Origin: Candidatus Methylomirabilia bacterium
GTDB lineage: Bacteria; Methylomirabilota; Methylomirabilia; Rokubacteriales; CSP1-6
NCBI GenBank assembly: GCA_046758965.1
Contig: JBHIBG010000033.1
Coordinates: 1-27,627 of the forward strand
Direction: 5' to 3'
Length of the DNA stretch: 27,627 nucleotides
In this document: piece after piece, positions 1 through 8,951 of the stretch
How positions within the stretch are numbered: the first letter of the stretch is position 1
How the letters are laid out: each line of letters starts with the position of its first letter
The notes under the pieces: model-generated
The model's database searches: none
What the model was told of the DNA's origin: nothing
Seen by the model: the letters and a program-made list of their open reading frames with translations, nothing else
Made by a program: the position numbers and the translations under genes

Positions 1-76
<76 letters not shown>

Positions 77-88
77 ACCAGCCACGCC

Positions 89-117
89 AGCATACCAAAG
101 CGCGCGCGGCCTGTCCA
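89..117 (-). promoter_or_regulatory. sigma70-type promoter for tRNA-Phe
   Basis: TGGACA (117-112), 17-nt spacer, TATGCT (94-89), with extended -10 TGn; 12 nt upstream of the tRNA 5' end. Confidence 0.65.
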
Positions 118-180
118 CCGAGCCTCTGACGCCCGCGCGCACCCGAGCGGGGATCGTGGCGCGGTGACGACGGCTCGGCG

Positions 181-1530
181 CTACATCGCCTTGAACCAAC
201 CGTCGGCGACCATCTCCGCGAACGCTCGCTCGTATCCCTGGACGGTGCGGGCCAGGTCCTCGTCGGTGTGGGCTGAGGACACCCACCCGTGGAACGGGGA
301 GCAGTCCACCCCGTGGTTCAGCAGCGCACAGCGGAGGGCAAAGTAGAGGTCGTGCGGACGCGGCCGGTCGAACCCGGCAAGCCCCGGCCGCCCCTCGAAG
401 GCGACGTGATAGATCGAGGACTCGCCGAACACCGTTCCCGGCGCGCCTGCGCGCTTCATGGCCTCCGCGAGCGCCACCCGCAGTTCTTCGCCCTTCTTGT
501 TGGCCTGGGCCTGAAGATGGCTGTCGGAGACGAGTTCGAGCGTGGCAATCCCGGCCACGGCGCTGAGCGGGGTAGCATTGAACGTGCCCGCGTGGGCAAC
601 CCGCTCGCTTCGGTCCCAGGCTGGGTCACCCCGGTAGGCGAGGTGTGACATGATCTCGCGCTTTCCCGCCACGGCACCGCCGGGGAGTCCTCCGGCCACG
701 ATCTTCGCCAACGTGGTAAGGTCCGGGGTCACACCGAAGTAGGCCTGAGCCCCGCCCGGCGCGTAGCGGAAGCCTGAGATCACTTCGTCGAAGATCAGGA
801 CCACGCCGTGACGGGAGGTCAGTGAGCGGAGCTGATGGAGATACCCGGGGATGGTCGGCGTGCTTCCGGCCAGCCCACCGGCGGGCTCCAGGATCACCGC
901 GGCAACATCTCCGCGTCCCAGCAGCCCCTCTACAGCTTTGATATCGTTCGGCGGACAGAGCAGCAGCTGATCAAGGGTGGCACCTGGAACACCTGACGAG
1001 AGCGGAATCTCATAGGGGGGGTGGATCCCACCAACCACGCCGTCATGCCAGCCGTGAAAATGCCCTTGGAACTTCACCACCTTGGGGCGCGTGGTATGGG
1101 CGCGAGCCAGCCGCAAGGCCAGGTGGGTGGCCTCGGTGCCAGACATGGTGAAGCGTACCAGCTCGGCTGAGGGCACCAGCTGCTCGACCAGCTCGGCCCA
1201 GCGCACCTCAAGCGCATGGCAGGCGCCCAGATGGGTGCCTCGAGCGGCCTGCGCCTGAATCGCCCCGACGACAACTGGGTGGCAGTGCCCCAGAAAGAGC
1301 GCTCCGTGACCCATCCAGTAGTCCACGTACTCGTGGCCGTCCACGTCCCACTTCCGAGAGCCCTGGGCGCGCTCCACGTAGACGGCGAACGGAGGGAGGT
1401 GGCGAATGTCGTGAGTGATCCCTCCGGGGATGGTCCGGTGCGCGCGCTCCCAGAGCGCGAGAGAGTTGGGATGCAACGTCCGGTAGGCATCGAGCACCCG
1501 GGAGGATTCCGGGCGGGTCTGCACCGTCAT
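181..1530 (-). CDS. class III PLP-dependent aminotransferase, glutamate-1-semialdehyde 2,1-aminomutase (HemL)-like
   Basis: 449 aa; WDVDGHEYVDY, SGTEAT, FQGHFHG, FDEVISGFR, TLAKIVAGG (PLP Lys), GTFNA. ATGA overlap with the stop of the upstream gene. Confidence 0.9.
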   Translation of the reverse strand: MTVQTRPESSRVLDAYRTLHPNSLALWERAHRTIPGGITHDIRHLPPFAVYVERAQGSRKWDVDGHEYVDYWMGHGALFLGHCHPVVVGAIQAQAARGTHLGACHALEVRWAELVEQLVPSAELVRFTMSGTEATHLALRLARAHTTRPKVVKFQGHFHGWHDGVVGGIHPPYEIPLSSGVPGATLDQLLLCPPNDIKAVEGLLGRGDVAAVILEPAGGLAGSTPTIPGYLHQLRSLTSRHGVVLIFDEVISGFRYAPGGAQAYFGVTPDLTTLAKIVAGGLPGGAVAGKREIMSHLAYRGDPAWDRSERVAHAGTFNATPLSAVAGIATLELVSDSHLQAQANKKGEELRVALAEAMKRAGAPGTVFGESSIYHVAFEGRPGLAGFDRPRPHDLYFALRCALLNHGVDCSPFHGWVSSAHTDEDLARTVQGYERAFAEMVADGWFKAM

Positions 1531-2405
1531 GATCTGCGACCTCCTCCTGTGCGCCGAGTAACCACTCGGAAAAGCTCTACCATCGCCGCATGAGCCTCAG
1601 CGGACACGCCATCCACCGTGGCTTCCCGCCGCCAGGTGAGGCCGTCCACTCCACCTGCTTCCACGCACGCCGCCACAAGCCCTCGGTCCTCATCAGCGGT
1701 GTGCAGCAGGCACCGGCCAGCGAGGAAAGAGAGATGGGCCGTCACGCCGTACGCGCCCCAGTTGGAGATCCCCGCCACAACCAGGTGATCCACCTTTACC
1801 ACCGAGGCCACGCGTCGCGCCAGGGTCCCCTGGCGGAGCAGCCGCGCTCGGACGTTTCCCATCCCGATCTCATTGCCGCCGTCACCGATGCCGATGGTCG
1901 TCAGACCGCGCCGGCGCAGCAGAAACAGGCTATCCACCGGCCTGTTCCACGCCGCGATCGACTCTCCCCGCGCGTTCCGGTAGTCACCGTCCCTGGCCCG
2001 CCCCGGGCGTTCAACGGCAACCAGATGACTGGGCCCGATCTCACGAAGGAACCCCCGCGCCCATTCCTCGGCAGGCTCGCCCTCGGGAAAGACAACCACG
2101 TCCACAGGCTCGCCCAGACCCTTGAGGGCCGCCTCCACGAGCGGGAAGGTTAATGAATCGGCGATGTATATCACCGACCTCCCCAGCACGCGCAGGGCCC
2201 GGCCGAGCACTGCGGCGCCGGGCGGGCCGTCGGTCTCCGGCAGTCCGGCCCCCACGACGAAGCCCGTCGCGATGACGATCCGGTGGCCCCGTGCCAGCGA
2301 CCGCGCGGCGCTCCGGGCTCCTCCCGGAGCGAAGAACGACGCGATCCCGCGCGCCGTGGGATCGAGCGCAAGCAGACAGTCAATGGGATCGAGCGGGAGA
2401 CGCAC
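1527..2405 (-). CDS. DUF4392 / D-glutamate cyclase C-terminal-domain family protein
   Basis: 292 aa, GTG start with GGAG upstream. Motifs TGF, ETDGPPG, VERPG, Y.NARG, IGIGDGGNEIGMG and SNWG are typical of DUF4392. Confidence 0.85.
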   Translation of the reverse strand: MRLPLDPIDCLLALDPTARGIASFFAPGGARSAARSLARGHRIVIATGFVVGAGLPETDGPPGAAVLGRALRVLGRSVIYIADSLTFPLVEAALKGLGEPVDVVVFPEGEPAEEWARGFLREIGPSHLVAVERPGRARDGDYRNARGESIAAWNRPVDSLFLLRRRGLTTIGIGDGGNEIGMGNVRARLLRQGTLARRVASVVKVDHLVVAGISNWGAYGVTAHLSFLAGRCLLHTADEDRGLVAACVEAGGVDGLTWRREATVDGVSAEAHAAMVELFRVVTRRTGGGRRS

Positions 2406-2432
2406 TCGAAAGCTCCGTTCCGTCGCCGATTG

Positions 2433-2461
2433 ACGCTACCACCATCCGGAAGCCCGGACAA
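2433..2461 (-). promoter_or_regulatory. putative sigma70 promoter for DUF4392-aminotransferase pair
   Basis: TTGTCC (2461-2456), 17-nt spacer, TAGCGT (2438-2433), with TGn extension. Confidence 0.4.
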
Positions 2462-2484
2462 ACCCTTTTTGCCTCAGAGCGTGC

Positions 2485-2979
2485 TCACTTGCTGGTCGGA
2501 GACAAGGCCGCGCGCTGGGGGATGGTGAAGAGCATCGAGACAGCTTCTTCCCCCCGCTCATCGAAAAATACCACCAGCCCGTTCCGGTAGAAATAGACCT
2601 TGCGGCCGTCCTGAACATTCACCCCGTCCGGCCGCCCCCAGCCCATGATGAGCGTGCGCCGCCTAAAGATTCCCGGCTTGGGCTTCAGAAGGAGCAGACG
2701 GACCAGCCTGGGGCGGTAGCCCTCCGGGATGAGGAGCCCAAAGTCCACTGTCATCCGCTCGAACCCGCGCGGCGCCTGTTCCCCCTCGTAGACCCACTGC
2801 ATCGTCGCGTAGCCTTCAAGCGTCCCCTCAGAACCCCGGGAAGGCTCGCCGAAGCGCGCGCGGACACTGTCGACGGTGCTCACTCCGGGAGTGACCCCGC
2901 CCCACTCCTCGGCTGCGGCCATCCAGACAGCTCCGCCGAGGAGGAGCCCGCTCAGCACCGTCGTCACGGTCCCTCTCAC
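2485..2979 (-). CDS. hypothetical exported protein
   Basis: 164 aa; N-terminal signal-peptide-like segment (MRGTVTTVLSGLLLGGAVWMAAA|EE); GTGA overlap with the stop of the upstream gene. Confidence 0.75.
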   Translation of the reverse strand: MRGTVTTVLSGLLLGGAVWMAAAEEWGGVTPGVSTVDSVRARFGEPSRGSEGTLEGYATMQWVYEGEQAPRGFERMTVDFGLLIPEGYRPRLVRLLLLKPKPGIFRRRTLIMGWGRPDGVNVQDGRKVYFYRNGLVVFFDERGEEAVSMLFTIPQRAALSPTSK

Positions 2980-4001
2980 AGCCGTGACTCCCCGAAGAGC
3001 TTCGTGATCTCATCCTGGGGGAACGTCGGCATGGGTCTCGCCCGGCTACCCTCGACGAGCATCACCCCCTGCTCACGGGGAACCACCTGGCCGATGAACG
3101 CACAGGGAATCCCCTCTCGCGCGCAGGCGTGGAGCACGAGCGTGGCATCCGCCGGGGTCAGGGTCAGGAGCAGCGCGCCGGAGGCGATGGTCCCCAGCGG
3201 GTCCAGACCGAACTCCTGGCAGAGCCGCTCTCCCTCCGGGAGCACCGAGATCCGCTGCCGTTCCACACGGAGCCCCACGGCCGAGGCGACCGCAAGCTCC
3301 CAGAGCGCAGTGGCGACCCCGCCCTCCGTCGGGTCGTGCATCGCGTGGACCGGCGCCAGCCCGGCGGCCAGCATGGCCTCAGGCACGACGCTGATCCCGG
3401 GGCGGTGGAGAAGCTCCTTGGCCCGCTCGATAAGGGCCGCGGGCACGCCCCGGCGCAGGAGCTCAGCCTCTCTTTCCCTCGCGATAATCGCCGTCCCCTC
3501 CACCGGCACACCTTTGGTGAGCAGCATCATATCCCCCACCTGAGCCCCGCCGGTAGTGATGAGGCGGTCCTTGGGTATCTCACCGAGCATGGTCCCCACC
3601 ACAAGAGGACGGTCGAGCCCGGCAGTGACCTCGGTGTGGCCACCCACCAGTGAGACTCCCAGCTCCTCGCAGGCCTGCCCGAGCTGGGCGAAGAGCTGCT
3701 CCACCATCGTCTCCGTGGCGGACCCCCCAGGGAGGAGGAGTGTTGCGAGGAACCAACGCGGGCGCGCGCCGCGGACCGCCAGGTCGTTGGCGTTCACCTG
3801 GAGCGCATACCAGCCGAGCTTTTCGGTGACGAAGGTGATGGGATCGGTGGTGGCCAGGAGGTAGCGATCTCCCATGTCGATGACCGCCGCGTCCTCACCG
3901 ATCCGTGGCCCCACGACCACCCGCTCGTCCTGGGGCGCGTATTTTCCGAGGAAGGATTGCAGCGTTTCAGCTCGGAGCTTCCCGACAGGGAGTGTCTGCA
4001 T
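2976..4001 (-). CDS. AIR synthase-related (PurM/HypE/ThiL superfamily) protein
   Basis: Likely start MQTLPVGKL at 4001 (341 aa); the ORF-track extension to 4289 does not look protein-like. Motifs GEDAA, TTDP, VNANDL, GGHTE, MHDPTEGG. Confidence 0.88.
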   Translation of the reverse strand: MQTLPVGKLRAETLQSFLGKYAPQDERVVVGPRIGEDAAVIDMGDRYLLATTDPITFVTEKLGWYALQVNANDLAVRGARPRWFLATLLLPGGSATETMVEQLFAQLGQACEELGVSLVGGHTEVTAGLDRPLVVGTMLGEIPKDRLITTGGAQVGDMMLLTKGVPVEGTAIIAREREAELLRRGVPAALIERAKELLHRPGISVVPEAMLAAGLAPVHAMHDPTEGGVATALWELAVASAVGLRVERQRISVLPEGERLCQEFGLDPLGTIASGALLLTLTPADATLVLHACAREGIPCAFIGQVVPREQGVMLVEGSRARPMPTFPQDEITKLFGESRL

Positions 4002-4185
4002 GGGGGTCAAGTATACCGTACCTTCACCGTGCGGAGGCACCCCCGCGCCGGGATCGGCAGGATCGCCAAGCCGGAGAGTGCGCGAGAGCTGAGCTCGCCT
4101 CAGGAGAAGGGAACCGGCTCCTGTGCGACAGCCCGACCGCCAGCGCCTACAGCTCAGCCCGAAGCGGCCGCCTTTTTCGAGGCGG

Positions 4186-5598
4186 TCATGTGCTCTCTCC
4201 CGGCAGCTCCTCCACCGGCCCGGCATCATCGGCCGGATGCTCTTCCGCCCCGCTCTGCTTGAGCTTCCGAGAGAGTGTCTTCGGGTCAATGCCCAGGAGT
4301 CTGGCCGTCAGAGTCTTATGGCCCCTCGTGGCCCGCAGCGTTGCCTCGAGCAGGCGCTGCTCGACCTCGCCGAGGGGTGTCCCGATCCGGACGGTGACGA
4401 CGCCCTCGGGCAATGGCGTCGCCCCGGCCACGCTCTCCGGAAGGTCGCTCACCTGTATGGTGGAGCCACGGGCGACCACGACAGCCCGCTCGAGCGCATT
4501 CTCCAGCTCGCGGACGTTCCCCGGCCACGAGTAGCCCTCCAGCCGTGCCAGCGCCTCCTCACTGAAGCCTTCCAGATGCCGGTTGTTCTTCGCGGCGTAG
4601 ACCCGTAAGAAGTGATGGGCCAGCACGGGGATGTCTTCCCTCCGCTCGCGGAGGGGAGGAACCGTGACCGTGATCACGTTCAAGCGGTAGTACAAGTCCT
4701 CGCGGAAGCGCTTCTCGGCCACCAAGCGAGTCAGATCCTGGTTGGTGGCCGCCACGATCCTGACGTCCACCCGGATCGTCTTCGTGCCGCCCACCCGCTC
4801 GAACTCACCCTCCTGGAGAACGCGGAGGATCTTCGCCTGCGTAAAGGGAGAGAGATCCGCCACCTCGTCGAGGAACAGGGTGCCGCCGTTGGCCAGTTCG
4901 AACCGCCCCTCCTTCCGTCCGGCCGCACCGGTAAATGCCCCCTTCTCGTAGCCGAACAGCTCGGACTCCAGCAGCGTCTCTGGAAGAGCCGCACAGTTGA
5001 CGGCAATGAACGGTCCGGCCTCGCGAGGGGACCGCTCGTGGATCGCTCGCGCCACCAGCTCCTTCCCGGAGCCGCTGTCGCCCTGGATCAGGACGGTGGC
5101 CGAACTGGTTGCGACCTGCTCGACGAACCCCATCATCCGCCGGAATGCGGGGCTCGTGCCGATGACCACGCCCTGGCGTAACAGGTCCTCAACCCGCCGC
5201 TGCAGCGCGCGGTTCTCCTGAATGAGCGCACGGCGCTCGAGCGCCTGCCGGATCAGCCGGAGGAGCTGGTTCCGCTGGAACGGCTTCGTGAGAAAGTCGT
5301 ACGCTCCATCCTTGATCGCCTTGACGGCCTCCTCCACGGTGCCAAAGGCGGTAAGCATGATCACATCGACGTCGGGGGCGATGACTTTGGCCGCGCGGAG
5401 AAGCTCCAGCCCGCTCAGCCCGGGCATCTTGAGGTCTGCGAGTACCAGGTCCGCGTTGCGGTCCCGAAGCCGTTCGAGCGCCACCTCACCGTCTGAGGCC
5501 AGGACGACCTGGTATCCCTCCCGCATCAAGGTGCGCTCCAGGCTCTGGCGCACCGCCGGATCATCGTCGACCACTAGCAGCGTTGCCGGATCAGACAT
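4186..5598 (-). CDS. sigma-54-dependent response regulator (NtrC/AtoC/ZraR family: REC-AAA+-HTH)
   Basis: Start MSDPATLLVVDDD at 5598, overlapping the kinase stop. REC domain; Walker A GDSGSGKE; ESELFG; GAFTGA; Walker B LFLDEV; RFREDLYYRL; WPGNVREL; C-terminal Fis-type HTH. Confidence 0.95.
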   Translation of the reverse strand: MSDPATLLVVDDDPAVRQSLERTLMREGYQVVLASDGEVALERLRDRNADLVLADLKMPGLSGLELLRAAKVIAPDVDVIMLTAFGTVEEAVKAIKDGAYDFLTKPFQRNQLLRLIRQALERRALIQENRALQRRVEDLLRQGVVIGTSPAFRRMMGFVEQVATSSATVLIQGDSGSGKELVARAIHERSPREAGPFIAVNCAALPETLLESELFGYEKGAFTGAAGRKEGRFELANGGTLFLDEVADLSPFTQAKILRVLQEGEFERVGGTKTIRVDVRIVAATNQDLTRLVAEKRFREDLYYRLNVITVTVPPLRERREDIPVLAHHFLRVYAAKNNRHLEGFSEEALARLEGYSWPGNVRELENALERAVVVARGSTIQVSDLPESVAGATPLPEGVVTVRIGTPLGEVEQRLLEATLRATRGHKTLTARLLGIDPKTLSRKLKQSGAEEHPADDAGPVEELPGEST

Positions 5599-6907
5599 GC
5601 TCGGTCCTCTTGACAGGGAGGTAAATAGTGAACGTTGACCCCGAGCCGGGCTGGCTGGTCCACCGGATCTCTCCCCCGTGATCCTCGACGATCTGGCGAG
5701 CGATCGAGAGACCAAGACCGCTGCCTTCAGGCTTCGTTGTGAAGAACGGCTCGAAGAGGCGCCGACCCACCTCGTCACTGATTCCAGGACCACTGTCGCT
5801 GACGGCAATCTCGACAGCGTCGTCGACGAGTCGGGTCCTTACGGTCAGCTCACCCCCGCCAGAGAGCGCCTCGAGCCCGTTCTTGACCAGGTTCAGCACC
5901 GTCTGACGAACCAGCGCGCGGTCAAGGGGCAACAGGGGTATCGCAGGCTCGCAGATCACCCGGAGCGAGGTGCCCTGCCGCGTTGCCAGTGGCCGGACGA
6001 ATTCGGCCATCTCCTCAACCACGTCGTTCACCCACTCCTCCTCGAAGTTCGGGCGAGGAAACCGGGCGAACGTCAGATATTCCTCCGTGAGGCCGCCGAG
6101 CGCGGTGACCTGCTCGCGGATGGCGCCGACCAAGCTCGACGCCTCCCCCATCTCCGGACCCGGCTGTGCCCGGACGATATCCTCCAGTATCTCCGCGTTC
6201 AGCTCGATAGCGCTGATCGGGTTTCTGACCTCGTGGGCAACCTTCAGGGACAGCCGGCCGACGGTGGCCATCCGCTCGGCCTGGATCAGTTCTTCCTGAG
6301 CGGCCTTCAACCGATCCAATGTTCCTGTGACCTCCAGATTGAGGCGCTCTACTTCGGAGCGCGCCCGCCGCTCGCGCTCGGCAACATGGCCTAGCGCGAA
6401 GGCGGGAAGACCCACGAGCGCGGTGACCACCGCCGCGGGCGTCCATCCCACCCACGGTGTTGCGAGGAAAGCCGCCAGAGCGTACAGTCCCCCCGCGAGC
6501 AAGGCCGCCCCCAGCCCGACCCAAGGACCGAAGTAGTAGGCGTTCACCGCCACAAGCGGAAAGAACAGGAGATAGAAGAGGCTCTTCACGCCGCCCGTGC
6601 CCCAGACGAGCACGAAAACGCACAGGAGATCCACGCCAAGGGCGCCGAGGAAGATGCCGCGGGTCGCCTGTGGTTTGACCGCCACGAGAGCAAACACGCC
6701 CACCTTGTACGCGATAAACAACACCACCAGCCAGACGAGGTCGATCTGATAGCTCAGTCCCAGGGAGACGAGCCCGAGTGGCTCGTGGAAGTGAATGGCG
6801 ACAAGCCCGCCGACCATCGCCAGAGCGAGCACAACGGCAAACACGCGCTCGTCGCTCCCCAGCACCTGGAAGAGCGCGTTCCAACGCTTGCGCACGGATG
6901 AGGTCAT
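5591..6907 (-). CDS. membrane-bound sensor histidine kinase
   Basis: 438 aa; about 5-6 N-terminal hydrophobic helices and a coiled coil. H-box VAHEVRNP, N-box NLVKNG, G1 DSGPG, F-box FEPFFTT, G2 GSGLGL. Confidence 0.95.
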   Translation of the reverse strand: MTSSVRKRWNALFQVLGSDERVFAVVLALAMVGGLVAIHFHEPLGLVSLGLSYQIDLVWLVVLFIAYKVGVFALVAVKPQATRGIFLGALGVDLLCVFVLVWGTGGVKSLFYLLFFPLVAVNAYYFGPWVGLGAALLAGGLYALAAFLATPWVGWTPAAVVTALVGLPAFALGHVAERERRARSEVERLNLEVTGTLDRLKAAQEELIQAERMATVGRLSLKVAHEVRNPISAIELNAEILEDIVRAQPGPEMGEASSLVGAIREQVTALGGLTEEYLTFARFPRPNFEEEWVNDVVEEMAEFVRPLATRQGTSLRVICEPAIPLLPLDRALVRQTVLNLVKNGLEALSGGGELTVRTRLVDDAVEIAVSDSGPGISDEVGRRLFEPFFTTKPEGSGLGLSIARQIVEDHGGEIRWTSQPGSGSTFTIYLPVKRTEHV

Positions 6908-7000
6908 GGCGTGGCTCCGCTCGCGGCGCGACCGGTCATGCTCCCTCTCTTGCTCATCGCGAACAATAACCTCCGCGGCCGCATTGACTGCCTCGAGGGA

Positions 7001-8605
7001 TCAGCCGGACGGCCGGCTCTCCAGCGGCAGCCCGGCATTCGCCCAGCCGCCGAGCCCGCCTTTGAGGATCCGCACATCGGTAAAGCCGACCTTCCGAAGC
7101 TGCTGCGCCACACGGGCGCTCGTGGACTCGTCGGGTCAGGAGCAGTAGGCGACGACCGTCCGGTTCGGGTCCACTTCGATTCCTGCCTTGCCTCGCTCCA
7201 GCGACTCCGGCGTGATGTAGGTCGCTCCCGGGATCTTAAGCGGGCTCATGCCGGCAGCCGACTCTTTCCGCACGTCGAGCAGGAGCGGGTTCTGTCCTTC
7301 CTCGAGCATCCGCACAACCTGGCCGGCTTTGATGCGGAACCGGTTCCGCTGCCAGCGGCGGAACCAGATCAACCCGTAGCCGCCGCCACTCACCAGCGCG
7401 AGCCCCACGGTGACCCCAGCCCACGGGAATGGGCGCGGCGGCGGATTCTTCAGTTTGAACTCGGCCTCGGCGAGTGCGCGCTTGACATCCGGAAGGTCTG
7501 GCAGGAGCGCATTGGCCTCACCTAGCTTCGCCGCAGCGGTCCTGAATCGGTCGTTGAAGAGGGCTCCAAGGCCAGCGGCCCAGACGGCGTGGAAGCGGCT
7601 CTGCCCCGGCTCGGTGACCTCCGTGCCCTGAAGAAACTCCCTGACATCCCGAGCGGGGATCAGGAAGTTGAACCCCTGGACGAGGCTCCCGCCTGCAGGT
7701 GAAAGGGAGACGAAGGTCAGCACGCCCACCACCTCTCCGCCCTGGCCGATGGCGGGGCCGCCGCTGTTGCCGGGCGCGGCCGGCGCGTCGGTCTGGATCA
7801 CCTCCTGGCCGATGGCGTCCTGCTTGAGGCCCGAGACGGCGCCGTTGGTCACCGAGGCCTCCAAGGCCGCGCTCCTGTTCAGCAGCTCGTGGGTCAGCAC
7901 CACGCCCGGAAACCCGAGGATGTGTACGGGGTCTCCGATCTTCGCGTCGTCCTCGACCAGGCCGAGCGCCGGGTAGACGCCATCCTCGACGCGGAGCAGG
8001 GCCAGATCCCGACCGGAGGAGGGAAGCGGGGTGCCGCCCACCCTGAGCCGGAGGGGCGGGCTGAACTTCTGGATCTCGGCCGGCAGCATCAAGCCGTTAG
8101 AGAGGAGCACCGTGAGCTGGAGCAACGGCTTGAGCGTGATGCTCCGCATATCCACTCCCCGCCTGATCTGATCTTCAATGTCCGGGCGCTGGCCGCGCAT
8201 CAGCCCCCGCTTCGCCAGGATGGGGTCGACACAGGCCTGATCCACCGCCTTGCTCTTGAGCTCATGGCTCACCCAGGGCGGGAGGGTATGGACGGGATCT
8301 ACGACGTGGGCGTTGGTGATCAGGTAGCCCCGGCCGTCGATGAACCACCCGGTCCCGGTCTCCTGGAATGCCGAGGGCCTGACCGTGATCGGTCCCCCAC
8401 CGCAGTTCACCGTGACCTCGGCATCCACGCGCGCCGTGACCAGGGCGACGGCCGGCTTGGCCCGGAGCAGGAGCTCCTGGGTAGAGGCAGCCTCATCGCC
8501 AAGCGCGGGCCAGGGCGTTCCCAGAAGCGCGAGGGATGCCATCACCCGCACCAGCCTCTTCACCGTCTGAATCCTCCTCATCACACCTATGCGCCCGGGG
8601 CTCAT
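7001..8605 (-). CDS. trypsin-like (S1) serine protease - TM - rhodanese fusion; predicted selenoprotein (in-frame TGA 7136-7138 = Sec490)
   Basis: Signal peptide; catalytic triad motifs TNAHVV, RDLALL, GNSGGP; TM WAGVTVGLALVSGGGYGLIWF followed by RRWQRNR. Rhodanese LLLDVR..KIPGA..VVAYCS*PDESTSARVAQQLRKVGFTDVRILKGGLGGWANAGLPLESRPSG, true stop at 7001-7003. Without readthrough it ends at 7136. The start may be 8581. Confidence 0.85.
7105..7119 (-). promoter_or_regulatory. candidate bacterial SECIS hairpin
   Basis: mRNA GCGCC-CGUGU-GGCGC; the stem starts at +17 after the UGA and the loop at +22, with G at loop position 2 followed by U. Confidence 0.55.
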
Positions 8606-8643
8606 CGGCCCTGAGGACGGGTGACGCCTGCTCCAGTTAGCCT

Positions 8644-8672
8644 ATTCTACTTCATCTGATGGGGGGTGAGAA
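8644..8672 (-). promoter_or_regulatory. putative sigma70 promoter for protease-rhodanese gene
   Basis: TTCTCA (8672-8667), 17-nt spacer, TAGAAT (8649-8644). Confidence 0.4.
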
Positions 8673-8951
8673 CTGGTGGAAAGATAGAGGGCCGCACGGT
8701 GCAGATCGCCGCAGAACGCGGCACGGGACGCAACCCAGACGCAACCGGTCTGGGGCGTGTCTGAGCTGCGAACCGGGAGAGGATTGGGGCCAGACGAGGC
8801 TTGGCTGCGCGTGTGCGCGGCTCACATTTGCGGTTCCGACAGTGGAAACCGGAGGGTGGAACAGAAACGCGATGGCGCGGGGTTGGGGAGTGCCGGCGAC
8901 TTCCTGCCGGTGAAAGCCTGACTGCAGAGGACTGACGGCTACGCGCGTCCG

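Noticed and set aside
2976..4001. AIR-synthase-like protein as SelD, HypE or ThiL
   Set aside because: It lacks the N-terminal G(C/U)xxK of SelD and the C-terminal PRIC of HypE, and has no thiamine context. It is left at superfamily level.
4016..4060. Possible TPP riboswitch (GGGGTGC on the minus strand)
   Set aside because: The downstream CTGAGA and other TPP core motifs are missing.
4002..4289. N-terminal extensions in the ORF track (also 5599-5808, 16549-16590, 17825-18028, 19125-19160, 26119-26163)
   Set aside because: They overlap neighbouring genes or promoters; downstream starts have better SD/promoter support and match domain boundaries.
6904..7113. 69-aa ORF between the protease and the kinase
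   Set aside because: It is in a different frame and mostly overlaps the rhodanese readthrough segment, which is the protein-like frame.
7136..7138. TGA read as Trp/Gly (alternative genetic code)
   Set aside because: TGA serves as a normal stop in many genes here (e.g. 1527, 2976, 4186, 5591, 23705), so any recoding must be site-specific.
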